A DNA stretch of 63,301 nucleotides, the filler included, from Stramenopiles sp. TOSAG23-2 (lineage: Eukaryota): the NCBI GenBank assembly GCA_900128395.1. It is 19 parts of 19 records of this genome, joined end to end, with 100 filler letters (N's around TTAATTAATTAA, not from the genome) between each part and the next. Parts side by side here need not be neighbours in the genome. Positions count along the whole stretch, not along the records: positions 1 to 3,247 come from LT651300.1; positions 3,348 to 6,594 come from LT651301.1; positions 6,695 to 9,941 come from LT651302.1; positions 10,042 to 13,288 come from LT651303.1; 15 more parts are not named here. One strand, 5' to 3'. Position 1 is the stretch's first letter. Every line of letters starts with the position of its first letter. Of the stretch, positions 1 to 10,342 are shown piece after piece. The translations under genes were made by a program, and so were the position numbers. The notes under the pieces are model-generated. The model worked only from the letters and a program-made list of their open reading frames with translations, did not search any database and was not told the DNA's origin.

Positions 1-242
1 TATCGTCAGTAATCGGCACAATGTGTTGTGTAAAGATATTTGGGCAGCAGAACTGCGTATTAAAGAACTGCGTATAATATATTACGAATATATATATTAT
101 ATAATATGCATAAAATTATATATATATAATGATATATCATACGAACGTATTAATATTATATACGAAGGATATCATGGAATAATTCCTTCTCTCCAAAAAA
201 ATAATGCAGAACGTCTTAATCAAATGAATCTTGTTCGCACTT

Positions 243-3056
243 TTAATATTTTTCAACAAATCGGTGATAGCAAAAGAATCCATGGCGTTTTACTTCGTTG
301 GCATACTCTTCCTCGGAACTTGCAAACATATAAGCAAATAGACGGGCTTTGCGTAGTTTAAAGATTAACTTTAACTTTAAGCCAGCTAGTTTTTCAATGG
401 ACAATTTTTTATTTACAGTTTCTCTATTATCATGATTGTACCAGCAAACTTGATTGGATAAGTAAGTGCCGCTCATTTTACAGCTTTTTTCCCATGAATA
501 ATGTATTAAAATATCATCATCTGCCTTACAAGTTTCGTTGGAGTCTTTTTGAAACCCTGCTTGGATATAACCTTCTGCGTCACTGACTTCATAATTCAAT
601 AATAAATATTTCGCACCCAATGGTATTTGGATACTTTTAGTGTGTATCGTTGACGTAACTACTCTTTTACTGCTGCTACCAAAATCGACCGTCTCAATGG
701 CAGCTATCCCACCATAGCGATATTTATACCCGTGAATGACTGATGGGCGCCACATATGATTTCCACGTTTTACATTTTCATCCTCTCCATAAGTATATAC
801 ATAAAAATACTTACAATCCATCGATTCAACAATATTTTGGACACCGAATTCTTGAAATTCTTTATATATATCATTTGCTTGTCCATTGAATCTACAATTA
901 TCAAACAAGTTTTTTTTTTCGGGATCAATAATAGATCCAATGTTATTATGAATGATCCTACCACCATCATTTGAATACATAAAAGAAACGAATGTTGGAC
1001 AATTTTCATGATGTGATAATGTTACTGTAGGGAGAAACCCTATGTAATCTGTACCCGGAATAGATGTAACACCGGGTACATACAGAGTGAGATCGTCATG
1101 TATTATAGAAAAATAACTAACGGGTATACCAGGCGTTGAGTATTCTCTCCAATTGCACTGCGTTAATGATTCAAACATTTGCATATCGCGAATACCTTGC
1201 ATGGGGTTATGCCTAGCAAATATTCTATATTTTTTATATTTAACATCGTAATATAGTGAGTTTAAAGAGTCATAGTAGGCGCCGTTAAAGCCTGCTTTGG
1301 CTGCGTGCTCCCAGGTTAAAATTGGCTTTCCTATGCTTGGTATCCACTCAATTCCATCATCGGAATAAAGTGTCCGTATCCCGTTTGCTCCACATTGGTC
1401 GGAGCTGCTTGAATAATCCCGTCCATTAATTGCTTTGAACGTGAACGGTTTTACTGATGGAAATTGTCGACGAAGTTTTGGATTTGGTAAATAACTTTGA
1501 TTATCAGTTCGATACGAAAAAAAATCTTGTTGTCCTGGTATACACTCACTTGGATCAACGACTGGGCTAAAGTTATGTGTATTGTACAGAATCATATGTG
1601 TTTCAATATTTGCTATGACTTTAGATTTGACAGGCTCAAATGAAATGCCATCTATGCTTTTTAATAATCCAGTAACTTCATTCGCTACAACATTGAAATT
1701 CCGGACAGTATCTGCACTACGATAATATAGCATGTAGATTTTGGATATAGGATGCCGTATGATTGTCATATATCCAAAATATAAATTGTTGGTAGCTTTT
1801 TTTATATTTTCATCTTTGATATTTTTAATATTGAAAACAGAGTTTTTCATTTTGATTGGTTTTTGGTACACAATCGAACTATATTCATCGATTTTAAGAA
1901 AATTCTCTTTATCAAAAACAGGTATCCATATGTTCAATGTTGGTTGTATTGCAACAATGGCATTGCTATCGCTATCTGGTTTTATTTTTTTGCTGTTACT
2001 TTCAATAGTCATACTGTCGAGAATTAATTTTAAGCTTGGTTGCTTCATCTTAAGATCATTGTGCTTCATAAATCCAATTCCATTACAGCGTAATAATCTA
2101 GAGCGTACTTTTGCAGCAAATAAGCTCGTTGTAGATGTTAATATTTGATCGCATTGCGAGGAAGAAAAAGAATACTTTTTACAAAACGAATCTGTTACTT
2201 CGTATGGATTTTCATTTGGTTTTACAGTCATAATACAATCTTGGCATTTAATTGGTTTTGCAAGCTTGATACGATCGTCATTAATAGTTTGTTTCACATA
2301 ATTCATAACATTCACATATAATAACAGATCATGGCTATGTTGTTTATCTTGCAAAAAGTTATGTACACTTTTTTCCAATTCAAAACATTTATCCGTTTTA
2401 TCCAATACTCTGCAGACTTCCTTTATTATCCTTGGGTCTAAGTTATAATTTAAATCGCTCATTAACTGAAAATCCGCAATACATATAGTTGCATTCACTT
2501 CTGCTGGTGGTGGATTTAAAAGGGTTTGCGAAACACAGTTGTTTGGGGTTAAAAACAAGTTCCCATATCTTGAAGTAGAGTTGTACAGAATATTAAAAGA
2601 NNNNNNNNNNNNNNNNNNNNNNNNNNNNNNNNNNNNNNNNNNNNNNNNNNAGTTGTACAGAATATTAAAAGATACGTTGACTGCGCTATTCTCTTTCGTT
2701 AGTTTTGGTGTAACATATTGTATCGATTCTTTTGGAAAAAAGACTGTATTGTTATAGTACATGTACAAGTAGTTACTATTTTCTTCGTCTGGGGTTACAT
2801 ATGTTAACAATAATAATTGTAAGATAGCAAAACAATGCTGCTTGCCCAAACCATATTTTTTGCATGTTTCTTTCGTTGTTATTGGTATATATTCTTTTAA
2901 TATATACACACTCTTTTTATGTTTTGGTACTGGTTTTGGATTTGGTATTACTATTGTTTCGACATTGTTTTCCATATTAATTTTTGACGAAGTTGTTAAA
3001 TGAGCAGTAATATTAAATATTATAAATAAGAATAGCAAAAACTTCCTTCGTATCAT
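243..3056 (-). CDS. Secreted five-bladed beta-propeller glycoside-hydrolase-like protein (GH32/GH43/GH130-clan-like) with C-terminal beta-sandwich
   Basis: Long ORF. Likely start MIRRKFLLFLFIIFNITAHLTTS (signal peptide, ATG at 3056). Propeller-type motifs YMLYYRS, SIDGISFEP, HNFSPVVDP, YSDDGIEW, YDSLNSLYYD..KKYRIFAR, YSNDGG; C-terminal LLLNYE..GYIQ..W..LKLIFKLRKARLFAY. The internal N gap 2601-2650 is flanked by a duplicated 22-mer. Confidence 0.6.
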   Translation of the reverse strand: MIRRKFLLFLFIIFNITAHLTTSSKINMENNVETIVIPNPKPVPKHKKSVYILKEYIPITTKETCKKYGLGKQHCFAILQLLLLTYVTPDEENSNYLYMYYNNTVFFPKESIQYVTPKLTKENSAVNVSFNILYNXXXXXXXXXXXXXXXXXSFNILYNSTSRYGNLFLTPNNCVSQTLLNPPPAEVNATICIADFQLMSDLNYNLDPRIIKEVCRVLDKTDKCFELEKSVHNFLQDKQHSHDLLLYVNVMNYVKQTINDDRIKLAKPIKCQDCIMTVKPNENPYEVTDSFCKKYSFSSSQCDQILTSTTSLFAAKVRSRLLRCNGIGFMKHNDLKMKQPSLKLILDSMTIESNSKKIKPDSDSNAIVAIQPTLNIWIPVFDKENFLKIDEYSSIVYQKPIKMKNSVFNIKNIKDENIKKATNNLYFGYMTIIRHPISKIYMLYYRSADTVRNFNVVANEVTGLLKSIDGISFEPVKSKVIANIETHMILYNTHNFSPVVDPSECIPGQQDFFSYRTDNQSYLPNPKLRRQFPSVKPFTFKAINGRDYSSSSDQCGANGIRTLYSDDGIEWIPSIGKPILTWEHAAKAGFNGAYYDSLNSLYYDVKYKKYRIFARHNPMQGIRDMQMFESLTQCNWREYSTPGIPVSYFSIIHDDLTLYVPGVTSIPGTDYIGFLPTVTLSHHENCPTFVSFMYSNDGGRIIHNNIGSIIDPEKKNLFDNCRFNGQANDIYKEFQEFGVQNIVESMDCKYFYVYTYGEDENVKRGNHMWRPSVIHGYKYRYGGIAAIETVDFGSSSKRVVTSTIHTKSIQIPLGAKYLLLNYEVSDAEGYIQAGFQKDSNETCKADDDILIHYSWEKSCKMSGTYLSNQVCWYNHDNRETVNKKLSIEKLAGLKLKLIFKLRKARLFAYMFASSEEEYANEVKRHGFFCYHRFVEKY

Positions 3057-3247
3057 TGCTGCTGTACTTCTTTTACATATATCCATGTTGCAAGTGGGTG
3101 ATATTTCAACAAACAAGCCATTGAATTTTATGAATTTTATCTGAGTGTGTTACATTAATGTTATGATACTCTCTCTATCGCCTAGTACTTCTCAAAAGAA
3201 TAATACTAATACAGTAAAATAAATATTATTATTTTATTATATTAATT

Positions 3248-3347
3248 NNNNNNNNNNNNNNNNNNNNNNNNNNNNNNNNNNNNNNNNNNNNTTAATTAAT
3301 TAANNNNNNNNNNNNNNNNNNNNNNNNNNNNNNNNNNNNNNNNNNNN
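3248..3347. other. Artificial contig-joining spacer (44N-TTAATTAATTAA-44N), first of 18. Others start at 6595, 9942, 13289, 16635, 19979, 23322, 26660, 29997, 33333, 36669, 40003, 43336, 46667, 49997, 53326, 56654, 59979
   Basis: An identical 100-bp structure recurs every ~3.3 kb; the 12-mer gives stop codons in all six frames; intervening segment lengths never increase (3247 down to 3223). Confidence 0.98.
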
Positions 3348-3385
3348 TGTAAGAAAACAAGTGAAAAAAATTTAAATCAATTGCG

Positions 3386-3421
<36 letters not shown>

Positions 3422-3450
3422 AGAGTCATATTATTTGTATAACATCATTT

Positions 3451-6288
3451 ATGAAAGCAATAAAACGAAATAAAGTGCTTGAAAAAGCATTGTTGCGCTC
3501 ATCTTCACCAGAGTTAATAAATACTGATCATAATAATTATTCATCTTTTGGTAGTAACAATAATGGCAATCAATCTAGTTTGGTAAATACGGGTTTTCCT
3601 GGAACGTCGACTGAAAGATTAGTATATGCTTCGATGTTAATAAATGATGCTAGGCGTGGTCGGTCTACTGCCATGCACTTAAAATCAAGTAAAGCTTTGT
3701 TGGCTTACAAACAATATAGTAGCCCTGAATTTCGCAACTTAATATTTTTAACCTGTTGGATATTGTTAATATTGACATTTTTTGAAGGCGCGTCGTATAA
3801 ATTAAATGATGAAATCCCACCTTTACTAGGCTTAACAGTTACAAGCCCTATTGAAGTTATTTGTACGTTCATTTTTGGCTACAATTGCTATTTGGAATAT
3901 GTTTATTTAGGTAGCAATTTTAAATCATGGTGGAGAGAAAATACAGCTGTATATACCACCATTGCTGTATGTTTAATGATTTTGGATATATGTATATGTC
4001 TATCACCAACGCCATTTCCACGATTTTCCAAACCACTACGACCATTATTTATGCTAACGCGGATGCGTCATGTTAGAGAAAGTGTTGTTGGAATTATTAA
4101 TTCAACTCCAGCAATTATTGTATTGTTAACATTAATGGTATTTTTCATTTTATTTGGTGGATTATTGGGTTGGTTGATTTTTGATCCAGAACTTTCCCCA
4201 TGGGATAAAATAAAATCAAACGCAACTGGAAGTGGTTTATGTAGTGCGTTTTCTCCATTTTGCAATTCATATTTTGCTCAAACACCAGATGCAATTTATC
4301 AATCAACTATTTTGTTGACTGGAGCAAATTTTCCAAGTATTATGTTGCCATATTTCCATGAAGCTGGATGGAGTGCTGGCTTTTTCGTATGCCATGTGAC
4401 GTTCGGCTTTTATTTTTTAAATCGACTATTAGTTGCTGCGGCATTTTCTTCGTATAAACGGGATACGAGAAAGCGAATTGAACGAACTATGCGATTACGT
4501 AATATGACAATTAAACGCGCTTTTGAAGTGTTGATTCAAATTGATGATGATTACAATTCTGAAAAAAATAATATAAATGCTACTCTTAGTAGTACGGATA
4601 ATAATAATAACAACAACAACAACAACAACACTGCATCCGACATAATAAATAACAATGGTAATAATAACAATTTATTAACGCTAGGACAATGGATTAAATT
4701 GTGTAAATTTGATCATTACTCAAATAAATTCTTCTTACAACATGCATTAAGAATGGTGAGTGATAATAGATCTGATAGTAGTGATAGGAGCATTAGTCGC
4801 AATAGCTTGGGTGAGAATTTAAGCATAGAAAACAAAGCAAAAGTATTATTTAATTGTATTGATTATGAAAAAATTGGTAAAATCGATCAATATCAATTTG
4901 TAGAGCTATGTAATTATTTAGGATTTAAAATCAAAGCAAAAAATGATATTGCCGCATCGAAACATAATAATTCATATCGAAGCTATTTCAGTACTTTAGT
5001 CAAAAATAGATATTTTCAATATTTTTTCGATATGATAGTAATTATATCCGTGACACGTATGCTAGTATTACGAAGTCATGCGGCATCTATAACATCTATG
5101 AAAAATAAACTTAATGATAGTGTTGATTATATCTCATATGTACTAGCATCATTATTTGGCGTGGAAATAGTTTGTAAAATATATGCCCTGGGGTTCAAAG
5201 AATATTGGAGCGACCTTTTTAACCGACTGGATTTTTTCGTCGTTTGGCCGACATTGACCGGGACTGTGTTTTTACAAATTATTGCTGGTCAATTGAACCA
5301 AGTAGCTAAACAAGATACGCACCATAAAAAGAGCACATTATTTAGTTTATTGTTTGTAGTGCGTTTATTGCGTATCTTTCGCGTGTTTCGTGTTGTTCGG
5401 TTATTGCGTTTTTCTAAAGTGGTATGGAGAGTTTTAATTAGCTTTGCGAAAACGTTACCAATATTGCAACGGTTTCTGGTTATTTTAATGTCTGTCATGT
5501 ATGCATTTGCGGTTATTGGCATGGAATATTTTTGTACATGTTTAGACATGGATATACCAGCAGTCGCTAAATCATCATATGCATACCAAGGTTTACAAGC
5601 TTTAAATTTTAAAACGTTTGGCGATTCACTTACTATCACATTTGTTATGTTGATGAATCGAAAATTTCCAGCAATAATGGAAGGTACCATTGCTGGTTGC
5701 AATTCATTAGTACCAATGGTATATTATTTTTCATATTATATTATTGCAGTGCAAATTTTGACTAGTGTATTTGTTGCATTTGTAATTGAAGCATATTCTA
5801 GCATTAAATCGCAGGAAGATGATAATACAAAAGAGCAAGATTTAGAAGATATTAAAAATGAAATCAAGTTGTCTATTAGACATGTTTTAAACCATCAAGA
5901 ACATGTTGATGGAGATAATAATAATATTAATAATATTGATAATGACGACAATAATATCATTGATATGGATGATATTGAGGAAAAATATATCATAGAGCAT
6001 GCATTAAAATATGTTGATTTGTTAAAATCAACAACAAGATCTGTATCATCGTTTCGAAGGAAACATAGATCAAATTCTCCAAAAAAACAAAGAAGAAAAA
6101 ACGATAATTTAGCACTAAATATGCCACAAGTGTTGTTTACTGAATTACGACAATACAACACCGAATTAAGAAATTTACTAATAAACGAGTATGGTTGTGA
6201 TCCAAAGACACATCCGTTGTTGAAAAAAATCGATGAAGAGTTTTCCACGGCAGCAACAAATGATGACGAGGTTGTTCAATACATGTGA
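3451..6288 (+). CDS. TPC: Two-pore cation channel (TPC family)
   Basis: 945 aa with two 6-TM repeats. S4-I RFSKPLRPLFMLTRMRHVRE; pore I LLTGANFPSIMLPYF; EF-hand-like linker (LFNCIDYEKIGKIDQYQFVEL); domain II FGVEIVCKIYALGFKEYWSDLFNRLDF, S4-II RLLRIFRVFRVVRLLR, FAVIGMEYF, LNFKTFGDS. Confidence 0.9.
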   Translation: MKAIKRNKVLEKALLRSSSPELINTDHNNYSSFGSNNNGNQSSLVNTGFPGTSTERLVYASMLINDARRGRSTAMHLKSSKALLAYKQYSSPEFRNLIFLTCWILLILTFFEGASYKLNDEIPPLLGLTVTSPIEVICTFIFGYNCYLEYVYLGSNFKSWWRENTAVYTTIAVCLMILDICICLSPTPFPRFSKPLRPLFMLTRMRHVRESVVGIINSTPAIIVLLTLMVFFILFGGLLGWLIFDPELSPWDKIKSNATGSGLCSAFSPFCNSYFAQTPDAIYQSTILLTGANFPSIMLPYFHEAGWSAGFFVCHVTFGFYFLNRLLVAAAFSSYKRDTRKRIERTMRLRNMTIKRAFEVLIQIDDDYNSEKNNINATLSSTDNNNNNNNNNNTASDIINNNGNNNNLLTLGQWIKLCKFDHYSNKFFLQHALRMVSDNRSDSSDRSISRNSLGENLSIENKAKVLFNCIDYEKIGKIDQYQFVELCNYLGFKIKAKNDIAASKHNNSYRSYFSTLVKNRYFQYFFDMIVIISVTRMLVLRSHAASITSMKNKLNDSVDYISYVLASLFGVEIVCKIYALGFKEYWSDLFNRLDFFVVWPTLTGTVFLQIIAGQLNQVAKQDTHHKKSTLFSLLFVVRLLRIFRVFRVVRLLRFSKVVWRVLISFAKTLPILQRFLVILMSVMYAFAVIGMEYFCTCLDMDIPAVAKSSYAYQGLQALNFKTFGDSLTITFVMLMNRKFPAIMEGTIAGCNSLVPMVYYFSYYIIAVQILTSVFVAFVIEAYSSIKSQEDDNTKEQDLEDIKNEIKLSIRHVLNHQEHVDGDNNNINNIDNDDNNIIDMDDIEEKYIIEHALKYVDLLKSTTRSVSSFRRKHRSNSPKKQRRKNDNLALNMPQVLFTELRQYNTELRNLLINEYGCDPKTHPLLKKIDEEFSTAATNDDEVVQYM

Positions 6289-7319
6289 GAAATATTTTTG
6301 TCCCTGGAGTGTTGTACCAATAGTTCGAGTATCGAGTATAGCACTGTAATATTTTTTCAGAAAAATGTTAATGATAATATGACTATGTATGATATATAAT
6401 GCATAAAAAAATGAATTTTGATCTCAGACAAATATATATGACGATGTTCGTAATGATTTTTTTTTTATAAATAAAAAATAATTAATATATATGATATTCA
6501 TATTTAATATGCATATTAATAAATATATTATAAAAAAAAACTTTTATTTTTTACGCGCGTACTCTCCTTGCATTTATTTAATACAGTGATTTAANNNNNN
6601 NNNNNNNNNNNNNNNNNNNNNNNNNNNNNNNNNNNNNNTTAATTAATTAANNNNNNNNNNNNNNNNNNNNNNNNNNNNNNNNNNNNNNNNNNNNAAAAGT
6701 TATTGTTTTTTAAATATAATTACTACTAAATAATAGTGAAATATTATTAATTACGACTATTACCTGGTACAATAATAATAATAACGAACGATTTTTTTTG
6801 AAAATATATTAGAATATACCTGTAATAGTAAATAGATTTATCATCTCATAATGCTATGCTAGTAAGAAATCCTTCGATGGTATAGTTTGTAGTATATATA
6901 TTAATACCTGCTATTTCCTCGTGTGAAATGGTGTGACCATGCTGGAATGACAAAAAAAAAAACATTGTCGCGGCACAAACTCTGGAACTCGGGAACTCAA
7001 AAACCGCATTGAGTTTTTTTTTTTTTTCACAACAACAAAAACAGAGGAGTATTTTTTTCCTGCTGATATTCTCTAATTTCCCATTCAAGTATAAATTATT
7101 TGTAGTCTAAGTCATTTTGATAAGTGACATGGTTAACTTATACTTCTCTAATAAATCTGTCCAATGTGATGAAAGCCTGGAAAGATCCATGCATAGGTCT
7201 AGATCGATGCAGTCAGTGGGAAGATATTTTTAACAAATTTTGTGTGTGAAAAAACATTATACATAACTGAATTGCGATATCGTAAAAGGAAGTTAATAGC
7301 AGTGCAAACGTTTTATACC

Positions 7320-8486
7320 ATGTTTAAATCCAAAGATGATTCATTGGATTGTCGTTATCAAAAAGCAGGATTTTTATTAAAATTACCATTTATGGGAAAA
7401 GGCACTGGTAGGTGGCAAAAAAGATGGTTTGTATTAAAAGATGGATATTTATTATATTATGGCAAGTTTAAAAAATCTACAGATAAGTTTGACCAGCATC
7501 CACGAGGTGCAATACCAATGGGCAATTGTACCATTGAGCCGTATGACGATGCGCTTAAATTGCCTTCCAAATATTTTGCATTTAAAGCAACACATACTAA
7601 CTTTGGTGGTGGTGCCATGTGTTTAGCTTGTTTAGGTAAAGAAGAAAGAGAAGAGTGGATGGCTATTATGCGAGATTGCAGACGTATTACATATGAAAAT
7701 GCATTATTAGGTGATGCTATGATTGAAAAGTTAAACAATGCAAGTTCTCAATTGACATCTGAAAATCAAAAAGCGTTAGAAGAGTTTCAAGCCAATGCCT
7801 TGCGATTAAGAACAGAAAGAGAGGCACATGAAGCAGCTACGTCAAAAATGAAATCTGGTCACGCAGAATTATCTCAAATTGAAGAGGAACTTGCAATAAA
7901 ACAAGCAAAGGCAAAGGAAATTGAGGATGAAGCTCAAAGCGTTTTAGATGCATTGAAAGCAAAGGAAGATGAAGCAAAACGCCTCGATGAGGAGAATAAA
8001 CAAATCATTGCTGAACAAGAACGGTTAGCAAAGGAAAAAGAAGAAGCTGAATCGCAATTCTCAAATTTAACGGAAGAAGCTGCAACATTGGAGGAGCAAC
8101 GAGTATTAGCAGAGCAAGAACGGGAACAAAATGCAAAAATAGCGGAGCAAGAAGAAGAGGATGTACGTCAAAAAATTGAAGATATGTTAAAAAATAAATC
8201 TTCCATTGAACATCAATTGGAAAAAGAAAATGTGAAACGTAAAAAAGCAGAAGTGAAATTAAAATTAGCACAAGATTCCGTACGACGTCTTGATTCGTTT
8301 TTAAAACGTAGTGGAGCGAATTTAGATACAGCAGTGACACAAGATGTACGAAAATTATTAAAATTTTTCGAAGATCGCAAGGAAGATTTAATACATGAAG
8401 CCAAATTTACTGAAACGGTGAAATCACATTTAAAAGCACATAAAGATTATCATCATGAATCTAGACGATTAAGTGATATAGGTTAG
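7320..8486 (+). CDS. PH-domain + coiled-coil protein (PLEKHD1-like architecture)
   Basis: ATG at 7320. PH motifs QKAGFLLKLP..GRWQKRWFVLKDGYLLYY..PRGAIPM..EEREEWMAIM, followed by a long Glu/Lys-rich heptad region. Confidence 0.85.
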   Translation: MFKSKDDSLDCRYQKAGFLLKLPFMGKGTGRWQKRWFVLKDGYLLYYGKFKKSTDKFDQHPRGAIPMGNCTIEPYDDALKLPSKYFAFKATHTNFGGGAMCLACLGKEEREEWMAIMRDCRRITYENALLGDAMIEKLNNASSQLTSENQKALEEFQANALRLRTEREAHEAATSKMKSGHAELSQIEEELAIKQAKAKEIEDEAQSVLDALKAKEDEAKRLDEENKQIIAEQERLAKEKEEAESQFSNLTEEAATLEEQRVLAEQEREQNAKIAEQEEEDVRQKIEDMLKNKSSIEHQLEKENVKRKKAEVKLKLAQDSVRRLDSFLKRSGANLDTAVTQDVRKLLKFFEDRKEDLIHEAKFTETVKSHLKAHKDYHHESRRLSDIG

Positions 8487-8856
8487 AGGGATAGAAAGAT
8501 AGATGGATTGTTTGTATGTGTATATGTATATATGTTTAAAAAAAATATATTTTTATACGTGGTCGTAAATTTGATATGATGTATTATATATATATATATA
8601 TATTATATGATAGTCAAAAGCGAGAGAAAGGGATCGCTAAAGAGTATAAAACTCTGTGAATGAAATGTTAATGTGTGTGTGTATGTGTTCATATTAAAAT
8701 GCTTTTTTGCAAATAACATATGACGCCGTACGAAGCATTTAATGAGAGAGAGTGTAGAAAACAAAGTTATGTATAATATATACGTAATTGATTATAAAAA
8801 AATAAATTACACACGCTTCACTATCTTGAGATGAATTATTTTCCACACCACCACAA

Positions 8857-9258
8857 TCATATTTTACAATTTAATAATTTTCGTACTACTTTTTTATCTT
8901 GTCTTTTTAATGGAACAGAACTTAATGATTTTAAAAGTTTTTTCCTTCGTTGGTTATAATTTAAATGCCTACGGCCTTGCTTCCATCGTTTGATGGATCC
9001 ATTACCACGTTTTAAAAATCGTTTTTTGGCTGATGATTTTGTTTTAATACTACGTATTTGATTTGCAAAAATATTATTATTATTTATTGTACTACAATTA
9101 TTAACGCTTTTATCTACTATTATTACATTATTATTTATCAATACATTTTTAGTCAATGTTCTTATTTTATTATTAGTATTATTTGTATGAGCAACAATAC
9201 TATTGCAAGTTGCAACATTGCAACGTTTGATCATAAATTTCATAAATGTAGCCGCCAT
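8857..9258 (-). CDS. MRPL35: Mitochondrial ribosomal protein bL35m with N-terminal targeting presequence
   Basis: IKTKSSAKKRF..GSIKRWKQGRRHLN matches the L35 signature; it is preceded by an ~65-aa Asn/Thr-rich, acid-poor presequence. Confidence 0.8.
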   Translation of the reverse strand: MAATFMKFMIKRCNVATCNSIVAHTNNTNNKIRTLTKNVLINNNVIIVDKSVNNCSTINNNNIFANQIRSIKTKSSAKKRFLKRGNGSIKRWKQGRRHLNYNQRRKKLLKSLSSVPLKRQDKKVVRKLLNCKI

Positions 9259-9481
9259 GATTTTGTAATATGATTCTTGTTGTTCTGTTTTATGTATGTA
9301 ATATAGTGTTTTTCCATGTGTGATGTAATATATGTATATGTTTATTCAAACAACATTCTATGTTTTTATTCTATTTTAGTGATGTCATATAATACTACTA
9401 AATATTGTACTTATTTTATATAGGAAATTGATTTTATAAAACCCTGAGAATTTTAAAACCGAGAATATATACACACATTAT

Positions 9482-9631
9482 CACACATATCACCCTCTAA
9501 ACATATTTATATACAAATTTAAAACATAATTAATCGCCGGCATTATTTATTTATATCCCTATGAACAAAACGCCGGCGATTAATTATGTTTTAAATTTGT
9601 ATAAAAATATGTTTAGAGGGTGATATGTGTG
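9482..9631. repeat. 150-bp foldback: 60-bp inverted arms (59/60 identical) with 30-bp spacer; MITE-like
   Basis: 9482-9541 (cacacatatcaccctctaaac...taatcgccggc) is the reverse complement of 9572-9631 with one mismatch. Confidence 0.9.
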
Positions 9632-9785
9632 TATATTTTGTACTATTGAATTACTAACACTACTGTTTTCGACTCCTATCACCATAATATCATAAAATTC
9701 AGGTGACATCCTATGTAATTTCTGTATTCTACTAAGCATATAATCGAGAAGTGCACTTTTCATTTTTCAGTTGCAAATCCTCCGT

Positions 9786-9864
9786 ACACATAATACCAAA
9801 CTCCGTACCGCACACACGCCTACGGCGTGTGTCCTTGCTAGGTGCACACATAATACCAAACTCC
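9786..9864. repeat. 19-bp direct repeats flanking a GC-rich hairpin followed by CTAG
   Basis: acacataataccaaactcc at 9786-9804 and 9846-9864; hairpin acacacgcc-tac-ggcgtgtgt at 9812-9832; CTAG at 9838-9841. Confidence 0.75.
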
Positions 9865-10342
9865 CTTGTAAATAAGACGGATGAAACTCTCCCAAAAACA
9901 GGTGTGGTCTAATTAGTACAGATTTAGTATACTATAAATATNNNNNNNNNNNNNNNNNNNNNNNNNNNNNNNNNNNNNNNNNNNNTTAATTAATTAANNN
10001 NNNNNNNNNNNNNNNNNNNNNNNNNNNNNNNNNNNNNNNNNAAAAAAACATACGTTCTGTATGTGTGTAATATTATCTGATTAATGCACATCGATTAAGA
10101 TGTCATATATCTACTTCAACATATCTCTTTATTTTATTTTTTTATTGATATATTTCTTTTTAAATTTAACTACATATAGTAGTATATATCTACGATACGT
10201 AAGTATATGTAAAGGGAAAGCAACACGACATTTGATCCACTTTCATTTTAATATATATATATTTAGAAAAATATATAAAATTACACTTTTGAAGGCATTA
10301 GACGACACGAACAAACTTAAAATTAAGTTTCTTTTGAGGCGT

